NCBI GenBank assembly: GCA_905214545.1
Contig: CAJMMO010000003.1
Location: forward strand, 124,090 to 188,089
Reading direction: 5' to 3'
Length of the DNA: 64,000 nucleotides
Origin: an uncultured bacterium
GTDB taxonomy: Bacteria; Bacillota; Bacilli; Lactobacillales; Lactobacillaceae
Positions 1-10,874 of the stretch are shown here, piece by piece. The notes beneath the pieces are model-generated. The model worked only from the letters and a program-made list of their open reading frames with translations. It was not told where the DNA came from and ran no database searches. The position numbers were made by a program, and so were the translations under genes. Positions within the stretch are counted from its first letter, which is position 1, and each line of letters starts with the position of its first letter.

Positions 1-1
1 A

Positions 2-442
2 ATTAAAGCATTCAACGAACTGACTGCGGAAGAACTCTACAGCATTTATTACCTGCGGACGAAGATTTTTGTGGTTGGGCAAAAGAGAATCTACCAAGAA
101 GTCGATGAGGTTGACCCGAAAGCGGTCCACGTTTTTTACGATAAAAACGATAAGATCACGGCTTATGCGCGCGTGTACCTGATCGACGGCGGCAAGAAGG
201 TCTCCTTTGGCCGCTTTGTGACGGTGCCGGAAGAACGCGGCAAGGGCCTCGGGGCTGACTTGCTGGAGCACGTAAGGGCCATGATTCAGGACCGCTTTCC
301 TGGCAAGCCGATTGAGATTAAGGCGCAGCAGCAGGTGGCCGGCTTTTATGCAAAGTATGGCTTTAAGCAGCAAGGCGACCCGTTTATCTTTGAGTAGACG
401 CCGCATGTGCTGATGACGCACCCGGCGCTGGGCGAATTGTAA
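2..442 (+). pseudogene. elaA: ElaA-family GNAT acetyltransferase, 5' end outside window, in-frame TAG at 395-397
   Basis: Frame from nt 2 reads IKAFNELTAEELYSIYYLRTKIFVV...GRFVT..RGKGLG..AQ..FY..GF. After the TAG the frame continues TPHVLMTHPALGEL-TAA (440-442), resembling the ElaA C-terminal PH motif. Confidence 0.75.
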
Positions 443-446
443 AAAC

Positions 447-480
447 AAAAAACCACTCCTTTTGACAGGGGTGGTTTTTT
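447..480. terminator. Bidirectional intrinsic terminator
   Basis: AAAAAACCACTCCT-tttgac-AGGGGTGGTTTTTT between convergent genes. Confidence 0.8.
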
Positions 481-481
481 C

Positions 482-1321
482 TTATGCCCATTTATTCAAA
501 ATCAGGCTGGCAATCTCTTGATAGTGCGACTCCAGCACAAAGTGGCCGCCATTTAACAAGTGGATCTCGGCCTGCGGGTCGTCTTTTTGGAAGGCGATGG
601 CGCCCGGGTAGATGAAGCTTGGGTCGTTTTTGCCCCAGGCAGCGATAAGCTCAGGTTGGTAGGTCCGCAAATATTCCTGGTAGCGCGGGTAGTTGGCCAC
701 ATTGTTTTGGTAGTCGAAGATCAGGTCCGACTGGCGTTCGGCGTAGTCCGGGCTTTGGGTGTATAAAATGTCCAGGCTGTAGCCGTCGGGGCTGACGGTG
801 CCGGGCTCTTCGCCAGTCAGGTATTGGCCCTTGATGGTGTCAGGGGCGAATGCTGACATGTATTGTTTGCGCAGTTCTGGGGTAGGATTTGCCCAGTAGT
901 CGGCACGCGCAGCCCATTTTTTACCTAAGCCTTCGCGGTAGACGTTGCCGTTTTGGCTGACGATGCCGAGGATGCGGGCTGGGTAGGCGGCGGCGATGTT
1001 GAAGCCGATGGGTGCGCCGTAGTCGAAGACGTACATGTAGAAGCGGTCGACGTTCAAGGAGGACAAGAAGTCGACGACGTAGTCGGTGAGGTTTTTAAAG
1101 CTGTAGTCGAAGTCGTTGTGGTTGGGGGCGGCGGATTGGCCGAAGCCGATGTAGTCCGGGGCGATGACGTGGAAGACGTTGGCTAAAAGCGGCATCAGAT
1201 TGCGGAACATGTGGCTGGCGGTTGGGAAGCCGTGCAGCAAGAGGAAGGTTGGTTTGTCGGGACGGCCGCATTCGCGGTAGAACATTTTTTGGCCGTTTAC
1301 TTCAACACTTTTGTATTGCAT
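482..1321 (-). CDS. Alpha/beta hydrolase (epoxide hydrolase/haloalkane dehalogenase-like)
   Basis: LLHGFP, DYIGFGQS, FDYGAP nucleophile elbow, GHF; ATG at 1321 with GGAGG RBS. Confidence 0.9.
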   Translation of the reverse strand: MQYKSVEVNGQKMFYRECGRPDKPTFLLLHGFPTASHMFRNLMPLLANVFHVIAPDYIGFGQSAAPNHNDFDYSFKNLTDYVVDFLSSLNVDRFYMYVFDYGAPIGFNIAAAYPARILGIVSQNGNVYREGLGKKWAARADYWANPTPELRKQYMSAFAPDTIKGQYLTGEEPGTVSPDGYSLDILYTQSPDYAERQSDLIFDYQNNVANYPRYQEYLRTYQPELIAAWGKNDPSFIYPGAIAFQKDDPQAEIHLLNGGHFVLESHYQEIASLILNKWA

Positions 1322-1509
1322 AGGGTTGCCTCCGATGTGAAAAAGGAGAAATTTGTTAACTAATTTATAGCATAGAAGAAGGCGGAATTTAAGCGGTTGG
1401 CGCGGGGGATGCGGTTGTTGCACGGTGTGTTTTGGGGATGCGGGGAATGGGTAAAAAAAGACCGTTGCCAGGAAATGGAACGGTCGTTTTAGTTTGCTAT
1501 TAAAAGTAG

Positions 1510-2997
1510 TTAATCAATAAAATCTGCGTCACTAAAACTAAATTCATAGTCGCCAACTACAAAAGGATCATCATCAGATCTTTTAATGAAATCGCCCTTT
1601 ATTTTTTCATAATCAATGCCATATGTGTCTCGTATGGTGGGTGCTTGTAATACTGCAATCGGCATGACGACATTACCTGAAATTTTAGTAATATGTTTAT
1701 CACTATTAATTTTGACAAACGTGGTCTTGCCATCAATCAGGATATGTTGTGCATGTTCATCGCCACCATTTACTCTGTAGTTGACAAGCAAAGATGTGCC
1801 GCTAATTAAGGTAGTATGTATTACCAAGTTATTTCTGCTAAATGACACTTTAAATTCAATAGTTCGTGCGTTCTCTGCAACAGGTAAATGCTTAAATCTA
1901 TAATCATCTGGATGCTTTTGCAGATAGTCATAGACTATGTATCCTTCATGATTATCTTCATCTATAAGCAAGTCTTTATATGGCTTGCCAGTCCAATCGA
2001 AACGATTGGCAAGAGCATCAGTATACCAAGTTTGACTTAAAATATAGTTATCATGATTAAATCCAGGCCTTCTAAACCAAATCCGGGTGGAATCGGCCCC
2101 ATGCTGCTTGGCAACTTTATACCCTTCTTCTTTCATCTCATCGATGGTAGTTAATGAGGAGGTCACTATTGTCTCTGAGTATTGAGCGTACCCACCTTTA
2201 TGAATAAATCTGCCCTCAGTATGTTTAAAGTTGGCACCTGGCAGTGGATGATATCTGCTGGGCTTTACTTTCTCTTGGAATAGCTTTTCATGTGTGTATC
2301 CCAAAGTTGCCAGCTTGTTCCGGATTCTTTCTTGATATTCAAAGGGAATCACAGCCTCCTCATATGACAAATCATTTTCTAAAGGCAGCACGCCTGTAAT
2401 TTTACCGTCCTGTATCTCATTCCCTGGCAGTGCAAAAGTGCCCTTCTGTTTTTGCATTCTGTGATTATCTTTGTCAACAACAGTGCCGGGATGAATAAAC
2501 AGACCATGTTTTAAAATTTGCTTGGCACGTTCAAGACTTATATGAGAATGGTTCTCCTGATTGAATTTATAAAGTACGGAAACAAGATCTCGGTCTTGTT
2601 GAGTTGCTATAAATGCCGATAATTTAACTTCTTCAGAGTCAGCAGCGTGATTGGGCCTAATGAATATATAAAGACTAGCGTCTTCCCTTGCTTCATGATC
2701 AGTCGCAAAAAACAATGAAACTAATGGATCAGTAGTAAAGTCTAAAAGTCTAGTAGGAGTCCTATCATGTTGCATTTTAGCCAGATTTTGAATCACAGTT
2801 TTTTCTGAGCCAGCATGTTCGTGATAGGAAGTTGCTTCTCTTTCAAAATCTTGAGGATCTCGTGCTACAGATGGAAGCATATTAGGGTATTTTGACAATT
2901 GGCCTCTAAAAAACAAGTTTCCCTCTTGGGCATACTGTGAATATTTCTTTAAGTATTCTTTTAACTCATCGACGGAGTTTATCTGATTTTCTTTCAT
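1510..2997 (-). CDS. FRG domain protein with unrecognised C-terminal half
   Basis: FFRGQ...PSVAR, MQH..PTRLLDFT.DPLVSLFFA, N.RMQKQKG.F motifs; AT-rich. Confidence 0.85.
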   Translation of the reverse strand: MKENQINSVDELKEYLKKYSQYAQEGNLFFRGQLSKYPNMLPSVARDPQDFEREATSYHEHAGSEKTVIQNLAKMQHDRTPTRLLDFTTDPLVSLFFATDHEAREDASLYIFIRPNHAADSEEVKLSAFIATQQDRDLVSVLYKFNQENHSHISLERAKQILKHGLFIHPGTVVDKDNHRMQKQKGTFALPGNEIQDGKITGVLPLENDLSYEEAVIPFEYQERIRNKLATLGYTHEKLFQEKVKPSRYHPLPGANFKHTEGRFIHKGGYAQYSETIVTSSLTTIDEMKEEGYKVAKQHGADSTRIWFRRPGFNHDNYILSQTWYTDALANRFDWTGKPYKDLLIDEDNHEGYIVYDYLQKHPDDYRFKHLPVAENARTIEFKVSFSRNNLVIHTTLISGTSLLVNYRVNGGDEHAQHILIDGKTTFVKINSDKHITKISGNVVMPIAVLQAPTIRDTYGIDYEKIKGDFIKRSDDDPFVVGDYEFSFSDADFID

Positions 2998-3156
2998 TGC
3001 ACCTTACCATGACCCATTAAACAGCAATACTTGCATTGTTTATTAATACCTTCCCAGCACAATATCTTTAACTTCTTGCAAATAATCGTTAGTGACAGCT
3101 TGCCGTCCATCACAGTACCCTTATGTTTTGAATTATTTATGATGCATAACACGTAT

Positions 3157-4086
3157 TTAATACGGCAAGGTACTATTTTTGACGACAGCGTTTAATTTAT
3201 ATTCTTTAAACATTTCTCTAAATTGGTCTTTGCTTACACTACAGTTTGGCCTCAAAGTAATTGATTTTATAAGACTCGGGTTAAATCTAAAATTTATGTA
3301 CTGAACGTTACCTACCTTTAATTCAGGCTGGATAGTTCCGTCATTTTTCCTAACGGAAACAAATCTAAATTCTTCTTCATGAGCTAATTTTGGGTTTTTG
3401 AAGCACATGTCAAATAAAAAAAGATTTTGTACGCAAATACGGTTAATCGTTTCCAAGTGACTAGTATCAGAGCCTATACCTCTATAAACATCTAACCATT
3501 CATCTACCAATGGCTTAATGTATTCTATCTGTTTTTCAGCATCATACAAAACCGTTAGAGGGAAAGTGTACGCATTACCTAAATCAAACTGGTCAAAATC
3601 AGTCTTGCCATTAGCGTTATGCTTAGCCAAGTATGTCATCACGTCTTTTTCTCCAAACTCCAAGGCAATACCATCAAGGACCCCATAAATATGGAAAAGC
3701 GTTTCTGAATCCTCGTTTTTTGAAAACGACCAAATATAATTATCGCGGAAGGGAGTCATATCTATCATTTTCTTGAAACTGGCAACTTGGTCTGTAGTTG
3801 CATTTTTACTTCTCAAGTAGGTAATAGCCCGCTGACTTGCCCATTTAAATTCATCCGGATCATTCATAGAATTGGCTTGCGTAATTCTGAAGTAACCAGA
3901 TTTCAAGATGTTTTTCAGCGCACTAATGCTTGTGTAATGGTAAATAGAAACGTTTTCCTGAGCATCATCGCCAAAGGTACGTACATTCTTTTCTATGTTA
4001 GTGTGTCTACGAAAGTCCGAATTCGGATCTACAAAATGAGCCAAAGCTCTTATGCCATAATTGTTTAAACCAGTATTTTGCCCCAT
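3157..4086 (-). CDS. DUF2971-like protein
   Basis: IYHYTS...L..IL, MNDPDE, WSFS, YG..GIALEF, FKNP...EEEFR pattern. Confidence 0.75.
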   Translation of the reverse strand: MGQNTGLNNYGIRALAHFVDPNSDFRRHTNIEKNVRTFGDDAQENVSIYHYTSISALKNILKSGYFRITQANSMNDPDEFKWASQRAITYLRSKNATTDQVASFKKMIDMTPFRDNYIWSFSKNEDSETLFHIYGVLDGIALEFGEKDVMTYLAKHNANGKTDFDQFDLGNAYTFPLTVLYDAEKQIEYIKPLVDEWLDVYRGIGSDTSHLETINRICVQNLFLFDMCFKNPKLAHEEEFRFVSVRKNDGTIQPELKVGNVQYINFRFNPSLIKSITLRPNCSVSKDQFREMFKEYKLNAVVKNSTLPY

Positions 4087-4089
4087 GCA

Positions 4090-4299
4090 TTAACCTTCTT
4101 CCTTCACAATTTCCATAATATCGCTGACGTCGCAATCCAAAGCCACGCAGATTTTCAGCAAAATTTCAGTGGTCACGTTGCCGTCCCTGCCTAACTTGGC
4201 GATTGACGCCGCGCTGACGCCGCTTTTTTCGCACAAATCTTTTTTCTTCCAGCCGCGGTCAATCAAAAGTTTCCACAGCTTGTTGTAACTAAAATGCAT
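4090..4299 (-). CDS. XRE/Cro-CI helix-turn-helix regulator
   Basis: SYNKLWKLLID..K.DL...GVS...IAKL..NVT...L.KIC.AL.C.V.DIME. Confidence 0.9.
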   Translation of the reverse strand: MHFSYNKLWKLLIDRGWKKKDLCEKSGVSAASIAKLGRDGNVTTEILLKICVALDCDVSDIMEIVKEEG

Positions 4300-4437
4300 A
4301 TTCTTTCCTCGTTTAAATTCGCGTTGTTAATTACAATTTTACGCTATTAATTAACTAAAAAAGCAATAACATGTGCGATCGCGCATAAAATAACGCAAGC
4401 AAAAAGGTGCCCACCAAAACTGGACACCCTTTTTAAT

Positions 4438-7400
4438 TTATTTTTCTAACAACGGCGCAATGCGGTTCACATAAAAATCATGCAGTGCTGGCCTTACCGT
4501 CCGCTTCCAAGCCATCATATTTCTCAATTCTGAGTCTGGATTAGCTTCTTTGAAGTTGTTGTAAGCATCCCTACTAAGCAGCGTGTTTACCCCAGAATGA
4601 CTTTCAGCGTGAACGTCATAGTGCCGAATCACAAACTTCAATTCCGTAAGCTGTAATTGGTACTTTTCAGCAAAAGCAGCCAGTTCTTCGTCGTAAGCGT
4701 GCTGAACCATCTTATCTAACAGCTGATCCACTTGCTGCCCTGCGTATTGGCTAGGATCTTGCTTAATTTGATCCCATAACTTGGAAATAATGTCTGCCAA
4801 AGGCTGGTTCGTCTTCCGCAAGTCAGCAATGTGGTTTTCGATTTCTTCAGCTTCACGCTCGCCAGCAGCAGCCTGCTCTGCACCCTCTTCTGGAACATAA
4901 GCCTGGATCAGCCCCAAAATGTACTGGTAGTTAATTGACTTGTTGATCACTGAAGCCAAACGATAGTCCATATCAACTGGTTCTTCTGGGTCGTTGTCAG
5001 GTTTATCTTTCTTCAACTGATCAAATACGACTTCGTAGACGCCTTGCATTTGTTCCATGAGCTCGTTTGCTGGGTAATCCCCGTTTTCTTCGCTCAATTG
5101 ATCGAACTCATCGTAAGTCTGCAAGTCCGAGTATTCCTTGTCAAAATGCTGGAAAGTCCTGATGAACTTCTGCTTTTCCTCGTCCGAGGTACTTTCGTCA
5201 GCCAAAGATTCGAGCTCGTCTTGCGCCAGGTAACTCTTAACGTTGTGGTAAGCGACATCGTATTTTTCCTTGGTCTGTTCCCAAGTCGGTGCAATCACAT
5301 CCCCAATGCCGCCCTGAGAATACAGTTTCAGAGCATCGTCGATTGCTGTGTTATAGGTCTTGGGATATTGGTAGGTAATGATATTGCCGTACTTTTTATC
5401 CTTATCAAAGATTCTGTTTGTCCGCGAAAAGGCTTGAATCAAGTCTTGCGGCTTCATTGGCGGTCGGTCGACAAACAAAGTAGACAGGTACTGAGAGTCG
5501 AAGCCTGTTAAAAGTCGGTCAACGACGATCACGAAGTCCAAGCGCTCACTTTGTGCCTTAAAGGTGTCGTTTTTCCGAGCCAAGCGATCGTTTATGTTTT
5601 TGTTGTAGGCGTTAATTTCATCAAGGCTATAGCTAGTGCCATATTCCTTGTTGTAGTCTGCCAATGCCATCTTCATAAATTGTTGGTCTTTAATGGACGT
5701 CTGTTCATTTTGCGAGAGAGAAAATGTAATCGCAAATTTTGGAAAGTCAGGCAAAATCTGTTTGATTCTATTTGGAATCTTAATGTCTGACTTACCCTCT
5801 TTAATAGCCTTGAAGAGTTTGTAGTAGCGTTGGGCTTGCTCAATAGGTCTGCGGTTAGCTGGGCTCGTTGTAAAGATGGCCTAGTAAGAATACCCACGGT
5901 TGTTGATGTTGTACAAGCCTAAAGCACGGTAGCAAGAATCGATGACGTTTTCTGCGACAGCTTCCATGTGCGGCTTTGAAACGTATTGGGCATTAAGATA
6001 ATCGGTTTTGCTCTCATCATCAACTTCTTGGAAGATATTGTTCATTTCGTTGATTTGGAAGCCTAAGACTGCGTGGTCACGAATTGCGTCTTTGATGGTG
6101 TAGCTGTGCAGGCACGGGCCATACTGCTGTTCGGTAGTTTGAGCCGCATTGCCATGTTCTTGTTTTTTATTTTGGGCAAAGATCGGCGTCCCGGTGAAGC
6201 CATACCATAGCGGCTTAATATGGAAGAACTTATCGATTTCATTCTTTTTTTCCGACGAAATCGTGCGGTGGCACTCGTCAACAATGAAGGCCACTTTCAG
6301 GTTCTTCATTGCTTTAAACTTATCTTCATCACGCTCATTTTCCTGCCAGCTGAACAGAGTATGTAACTTCTGGCGAGTGGTGACCAACACGGTGCGGTTA
6401 CCGTCTATCAGTTTTTTGCCTAGTTCATATGTACTCTCTGTTTCATTGACGTCGATAGAGTCGTTGTTGGCATAGGCTTGGAAGGCTTGGGTTGTCTGGC
6501 TGTCCAGGTCTTTTCTGTCGATCAAGAAGATGACTTTATCAAGCGAAGGGATGCTCAGCAGGTTGTGAGCAACACGGTAGGAAGTCAGGGTCTTGCCTGA
6601 ACCGGTGGTGTGCCAAATAAAACCGGACTGATTATTCTTCGAGGCTTCAAAGATCGCTTCGATGGCGTGAATCTGGTATGGCCGCAACAAGATGATGTGC
6701 TTTTGCTTGCTGTCTAAGACTGAATAGTCGGCCACCATGTGGTGGGCGGCAGGAATCGATAAGACATCCTTAGCAAATTCAATGCAATCTGTAACAGGAC
6801 GGTTGTCTTTATCGACCCAGCCACTCAGAAACTTCTCACGCAAGTGCTGGTCCGCGGCAATGTACTTAGTGTCGGTACCGTTGGTAACGACAAACATTTG
6901 TACGTTGGAGAAGATGCCGGTGAACTTTTGCTCGGTGATGTATTTTTGAATTTGATTGAATGCTTGCAGGTAAGAGACTCCAGGGGCCTTCAGTTCGATG
7001 TGGATGACAGGCAGACCGTTGATCAGCAAGGTGACATCCCCACGTCTGTCGTTGTCCATGTCTTGGCGACGCTTCATCTGGATTTGGTGCACGACTTCAT
7101 AGACGGAAGTGCCGCCTGCAATGTTGGTGTGGTCGATGACTAGCAGGCTGATGGTGCCGACGGTGGTGTCGTCGCGCGGGATCTGGATGCGGTATTGGCC
7201 GTTGGCGCCGGTGAAGTCTTGGGCGGCTCTAAAGAAGGTCGAGTGGTTGATCTTGGCCTTGATGCTGGCTTTTTCGTTGTCGGTTAGAGGAACATCGTCT
7301 AAGACTTGGCGGTTGTTGTGCTCAAGGATGGTGAAAAAGTTGTTCCAGAGGTCGTCTTCGGTTTTGAGGTCGTCGCGGAAGGTCCACTGTGACTCGCCAG

Positions 7401-7452
7401 TGGTTAACTGGTCGATTAAGTTTTGTTCCAGCTGTGCTTCTTGTTGTTGCAT
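4438..7452 (-). pseudogene. hsdR: Type I restriction subunit HsdR with one in-frame TAG at 5881-5883
   Basis: DVTLLING..IELK nuclease motif, HTTGSGKT, DECHR, FTGTP; after the TAG the same frame continues AIFTTS...LPDFPK...VVDRLLTGFD...QAFSRTNR to 4438. Confidence 0.9.
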
Positions 7453-7506
7453 TCTAATCTCTTTTCAAAAATTTTTACTTTCTATACATTTATTTTAACA
7501 GGAACT

Positions 7507-8673
7507 ATGCCTGTAGCCGCGGTTTTATGGGAATTGTGGCAGCTGACTCATGCTTGGGAGCAGCGTAAGTTCGGGGATCTACTAAATTATGAGCGTCCGG
7601 ACAAATACATAGTTAAAAATACTAGATACATTTCTTCTGGAACTCCTGTACTGACTGCAAATAAATCTTTTATACTTGGCTATTCACATGAGACTAATAG
7701 TTACCACAACTTGCCAGCAATCATATTTGATGACTTCACGTTAGATAATAAGCTTGTATATTTTCCATTTTTGGTTAAATCATCCGCAATTAAAATATTG
7801 ACCTCACGAGGTCAATATCCATTAAGATTCATTTACGAATTATTACAACATACGCGTTTTATAAATGAAGGACATGCAAGACATTACATTTCTGTAGTCC
7901 AAAAGAAAAATGTAATGGTTCCCTTAGCTACTGAAGAGCAGACCAAGATAGATAATATATTCAGCAAACTTGATAAACTTATCGCTCTTCAGCAACGTAA
8001 GTTGGAGCTGCTAAAGATCGTTAGGAAGGCGCTTTTAGACAAATCATTTGCCGATCACGCAAACCCAAGCCCTCAGTTACGTTTTAAAAAATTTAATGGT
8101 AATTGGAATCATTGCAAGCTAGGCGATATCGCACACCTTGTTACAGGAAATGACGGAAATGTTGACAAATTACCTATTCTGACTATATCAGCCGCAAATG
8201 GATGGATGCTTCAAAAAGAGCGTTTTTCAAAGGTAATCGCTGGCACTGAGTTGAAGAGATATACGTTATTACGCAAAGGCGAATTATCTTACAATCATGG
8301 AAATTCAAAATTGGCGACGTACGGGGTTGTATTTATGTTAGATGACTACGACAAGGCGTTGGTTCCAAAGGTTTACCATAGTTTTAAAGTAACTGGTGCT
8401 AATTATCCGAAATTTATTGAGACTTGTTTTTCCACACATAAACCAGATAGAGAATTAAGAAAACTAATTACATCAGGCGCAAGAATGGATGGCTTGCTGA
8501 ATATTACTAAGGAGGAATTCTTTAGCATTAAATTATTCGTTCCAACTTTCACTGAACAATTAAAAATTGCTGATCTCTTCACTGGTTCAGATAAGGTCAT
8601 TAACCTTCAGCGCCAAGAAGTCTCCCAACTCAACATGACAAGAAAGTTCCTGCTCCAAAATATGTTTATCTAA
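7507..8673 (+). CDS. hsdS: Inverted, probably silent hsdS cassette with two TRDs, lacking the normal N-terminal conserved segment
   Basis: WEQRK, EQ.KI..F..LD.LI.LQQRKL, P.LRF, LLQNMFI; opposite strand to the hsd operon; start uncertain. Confidence 0.85.
   Translation: MPVAAVLWELWQLTHAWEQRKFGDLLNYERPDKYIVKNTRYISSGTPVLTANKSFILGYSHETNSYHNLPAIIFDDFTLDNKLVYFPFLVKSSAIKILTSRGQYPLRFIYELLQHTRFINEGHARHYISVVQKKNVMVPLATEEQTKIDNIFSKLDKLIALQQRKLELLKIVRKALLDKSFADHANPSPQLRFKKFNGNWNHCKLGDIAHLVTGNDGNVDKLPILTISAANGWMLQKERFSKVIAGTELKRYTLLRKGELSYNHGNSKLATYGVVFMLDDYDKALVPKVYHSFKVTGANYPKFIETCFSTHKPDRELRKLITSGARMDGLLNITKEEFFSIKLFVPTFTEQLKIADLFTGSDKVINLQRQEVSQLNMTRKFLLQNMFI
7554..7571 (+). repeat. Inverted repeat IR1 (partner 10798-10815)
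   Basis: TTGGGAGCAGCGTAAGTT; exact reverse complement at 10798-10815 in the expressed hsdS. Confidence 0.9.
7985..8006 (+). repeat. Inverted repeat IR2 (partner 10309-10330)
   Basis: CTCTTCAGCAACGTAAGTTGGA; exact reverse complement at 10309-10330. Confidence 0.9.
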
Positions 8674-9601
8674 GTTGGGACAAGTGATGCAGTATCTTGT
8701 CATTATCCTTGTTCTCAAGCTCCTTTATGATGTGCAGGTAAGTCATCTGGGTAGTTGTAGTATTGGCGTGTCCCAATCGCTTGGCTACACTAGCTACGGA
8801 AACGCCTTCATACAACAGTAGGGAAGCGTGGGTGTGCCGCAAGCCGTGCACCGAAATTACAGGTATTTCTAGTCTTCGGCAGTATCTTTCAAGCAACTTG
8901 TTGATTGTTGAGTTAAAAACTCTTTTTCCTTGCGGAATGAAGATTGGCTGTTTTGAGTCTTTGTCAGCAATTAATGTCTTTATCTGATTCATTAACTGCC
9001 AATCAACTGTCACAGACCTGTTAGAAGATGGATTTTTAGTCGGTTGAAAGTGACCTTTGACGTCTTTATAGTTCCACGACTTATTAACGTCGATGGCTTG
9101 TTTCTCGAAGTCAAAGTCGTCAGGAGTCAGCGCCAATGCCTCTGCAAACCGCAGCCCCGTCTTAGCAACTAGCAAAATGAACCAATCCCAATTGATCTCA
9201 TCAGTAAGATTTAGACTTCTCAGTAATAATTGCAGCTCATATAAATTTAGAAATTTTGATTTTTTGTTTCGTGGCCTTTTACCCTTGATGATTGCTCGCC
9301 GTGTAGGATCATGCTCAATCAAACCATCGTCCAAAGCATCTACAATCGCGGCTTTAACCAAGTGGTGAAAGTCCAAAGTTGTCTGTTTTTCATGAGTCTC
9401 AGCGTATTGGTTGAGTAGCTGTTGATACGACTGACGTGTTAGTTCGTTAAGGTGCAAGTCAGGAACTAATTTCTTTAACTGACGCAATGTTAAGTAATAC
9501 TTGTTTAGTGTTACTGATCGAACAGCCTGCTCTTTGTACAGTTCAATCCAGTTAGCATAGTACTTATAAAACAAGCGTTTACTGTAATAATGTTTTGACA
9601 T
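8666..9601 (-). CDS. Tyrosine recombinase (candidate hsdS invertase)
   Basis: TGLRFAE, K, HGLRHTHAS, LGH, Y catalytic set; lies between the two inverted hsdS genes; GGAGG RBS before ATG 9601. Confidence 0.92.
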   Translation of the reverse strand: MSKHYYSKRLFYKYYANWIELYKEQAVRSVTLNKYYLTLRQLKKLVPDLHLNELTRQSYQQLLNQYAETHEKQTTLDFHHLVKAAIVDALDDGLIEHDPTRRAIIKGKRPRNKKSKFLNLYELQLLLRSLNLTDEINWDWFILLVAKTGLRFAEALALTPDDFDFEKQAIDVNKSWNYKDVKGHFQPTKNPSSNRSVTVDWQLMNQIKTLIADKDSKQPIFIPQGKRVFNSTINKLLERYCRRLEIPVISVHGLRHTHASLLLYEGVSVASVAKRLGHANTTTTQMTYLHIIKELENKDNDKILHHLSQLR

Positions 9602-9671
9602 GAAATAACCTCCAAGAATTAATCGTGAAAACTCCATAGCGATTATTTCTTGAAGGTTTTGTTTTTAGCAA

Positions 9672-10874
9672 TTAAATAAACATTTTCTGGAGCAGTGACT
9701 TCTTTAATGAAGTAGATTCGTCAAGTTTGTCCTGTTGGTGGGATATATTGCGATCTAAACACAAAAGTATATTAGCGATTTTCCCTTGTTCCTGTGTGGT
9801 AGTGGTAGAAAAATTAATTGACTTAAAAAGTGGGAATTTTAAGTTCCATGTGTCGGATGTTAGTCCTTGCGAGTGCCGCTGAAAAACATGTAGTGAATCC
9901 GTACGCTTAAACATGTAGTAATAAAAATCAGCATCTTCACCTTTTCTAGGAATAATTACAGTATAGGCAGGGCTAACTATTCCTTCTAAACTGGAGACCC
10001 CTAAGGCACCTTGCCACATACGCATTGAGTTATATGCTATATCGCCAGGCAGAACTAAGCGGTAGTTATGTTTATCCTTGCTAGAGTTGTTCTTACGTTT
10101 ACTTTCATCGAAAGGTGTTATTCCACCATTTATGGACACAGATAATAATTGCTTCTCATCAGATTTTTCTTTTCTTTCAGTGAATATATTGGATGCCCTT
10201 CGCGTTTCCCAGTCACTATCAAACCCTGCAAAACGTAACTTGGGCTGTTGATCATTTTTATTTGCGAACAGCTCCTGAAGAAATGCTTTTCTTAGGGCTT
10301 TCAGTAAATCCAACTTACGTTGCTGAAGAGTGATGATGTTCTCTATAGTGTCTAGCAATAGCCCAATTTTAATCTCTTCTTTATAAGAAGGGACACAAAT
10401 TATTTGTTTATTTAAATCAGCAGTAATCAAATTGTGCATCATTCTTGCATTGGTTGTGGCTTTACGAAGAATGTTACGCATAACTTTTTCAGAATTAATG
10501 TAATATTTCCAAAACAATAGATCATGATGCTTGCTATGAAGTGGCGAATACACATCAAAAATATGCGACACAATACCGTTACCTAAGGTATTTTCGACAA
10601 ATCTTCCGAACATGTAATTCTTATTTTTGTGGCCCTCAAACGCAATGTCTCCCATTTGGATTACGTTGTAGGTTTTCATGTAATCATCTGTAGATGATTT
10701 AGGAGCTTCTTTCCAAGTCATCGTTGCTACGGAAATAACTTGATTTTTAGAATACGAAAGATCGTTTTTTATATTTGATTTTTTAAATATATTTTTAAAC
10801 TTACGCTGCTCCCAATCGTCAGTGAAGCCCTTAAAGCGCAAGCTGGGGGCTTTTTTCTTTTCTTCACTCATCAC
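9672..10874 (-). CDS. hsdS: Type I R-M specificity subunit HsdS (expressed copy)
   Basis: APSLRFKGFTDDWEQRK, two TRDs, LQQRKL, LLQKMFI; overlaps hsdM stop. Confidence 0.93.
   Translation of the reverse strand: MMSEEKKKAPSLRFKGFTDDWEQRKFKNIFKKSNIKNDLSYSKNQVISVATMTWKEAPKSSTDDYMKTYNVIQMGDIAFEGHKNKNYMFGRFVENTLGNGIVSHIFDVYSPLHSKHHDLLFWKYYINSEKVMRNILRKATTNARMMHNLITADLNKQIICVPSYKEEIKIGLLLDTIENIITLQQRKLDLLKALRKAFLQELFANKNDQQPKLRFAGFDSDWETRRASNIFTERKEKSDEKQLLSVSINGGITPFDESKRKNNSSKDKHNYRLVLPGDIAYNSMRMWQGALGVSSLEGIVSPAYTVIIPRKGEDADFYYYMFKRTDSLHVFQRHSQGLTSDTWNLKFPLFKSINFSTTTTQEQGKIANILLCLDRNISHQQDKLDESTSLKKSLLQKMFI

Noticed and set aside
4438..5754. Independent C-terminal hsdR gene starting at TTG 5754
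   Set aside because: Same frame as the upstream part with continuous HsdR sequence between; best read as one gene with a nonsense codon.
8666..9601. Prophage or ICE integrase
   Set aside because: No phage, conjugation or att/tRNA context; its position between inverted hsdS copies fits an invertase.
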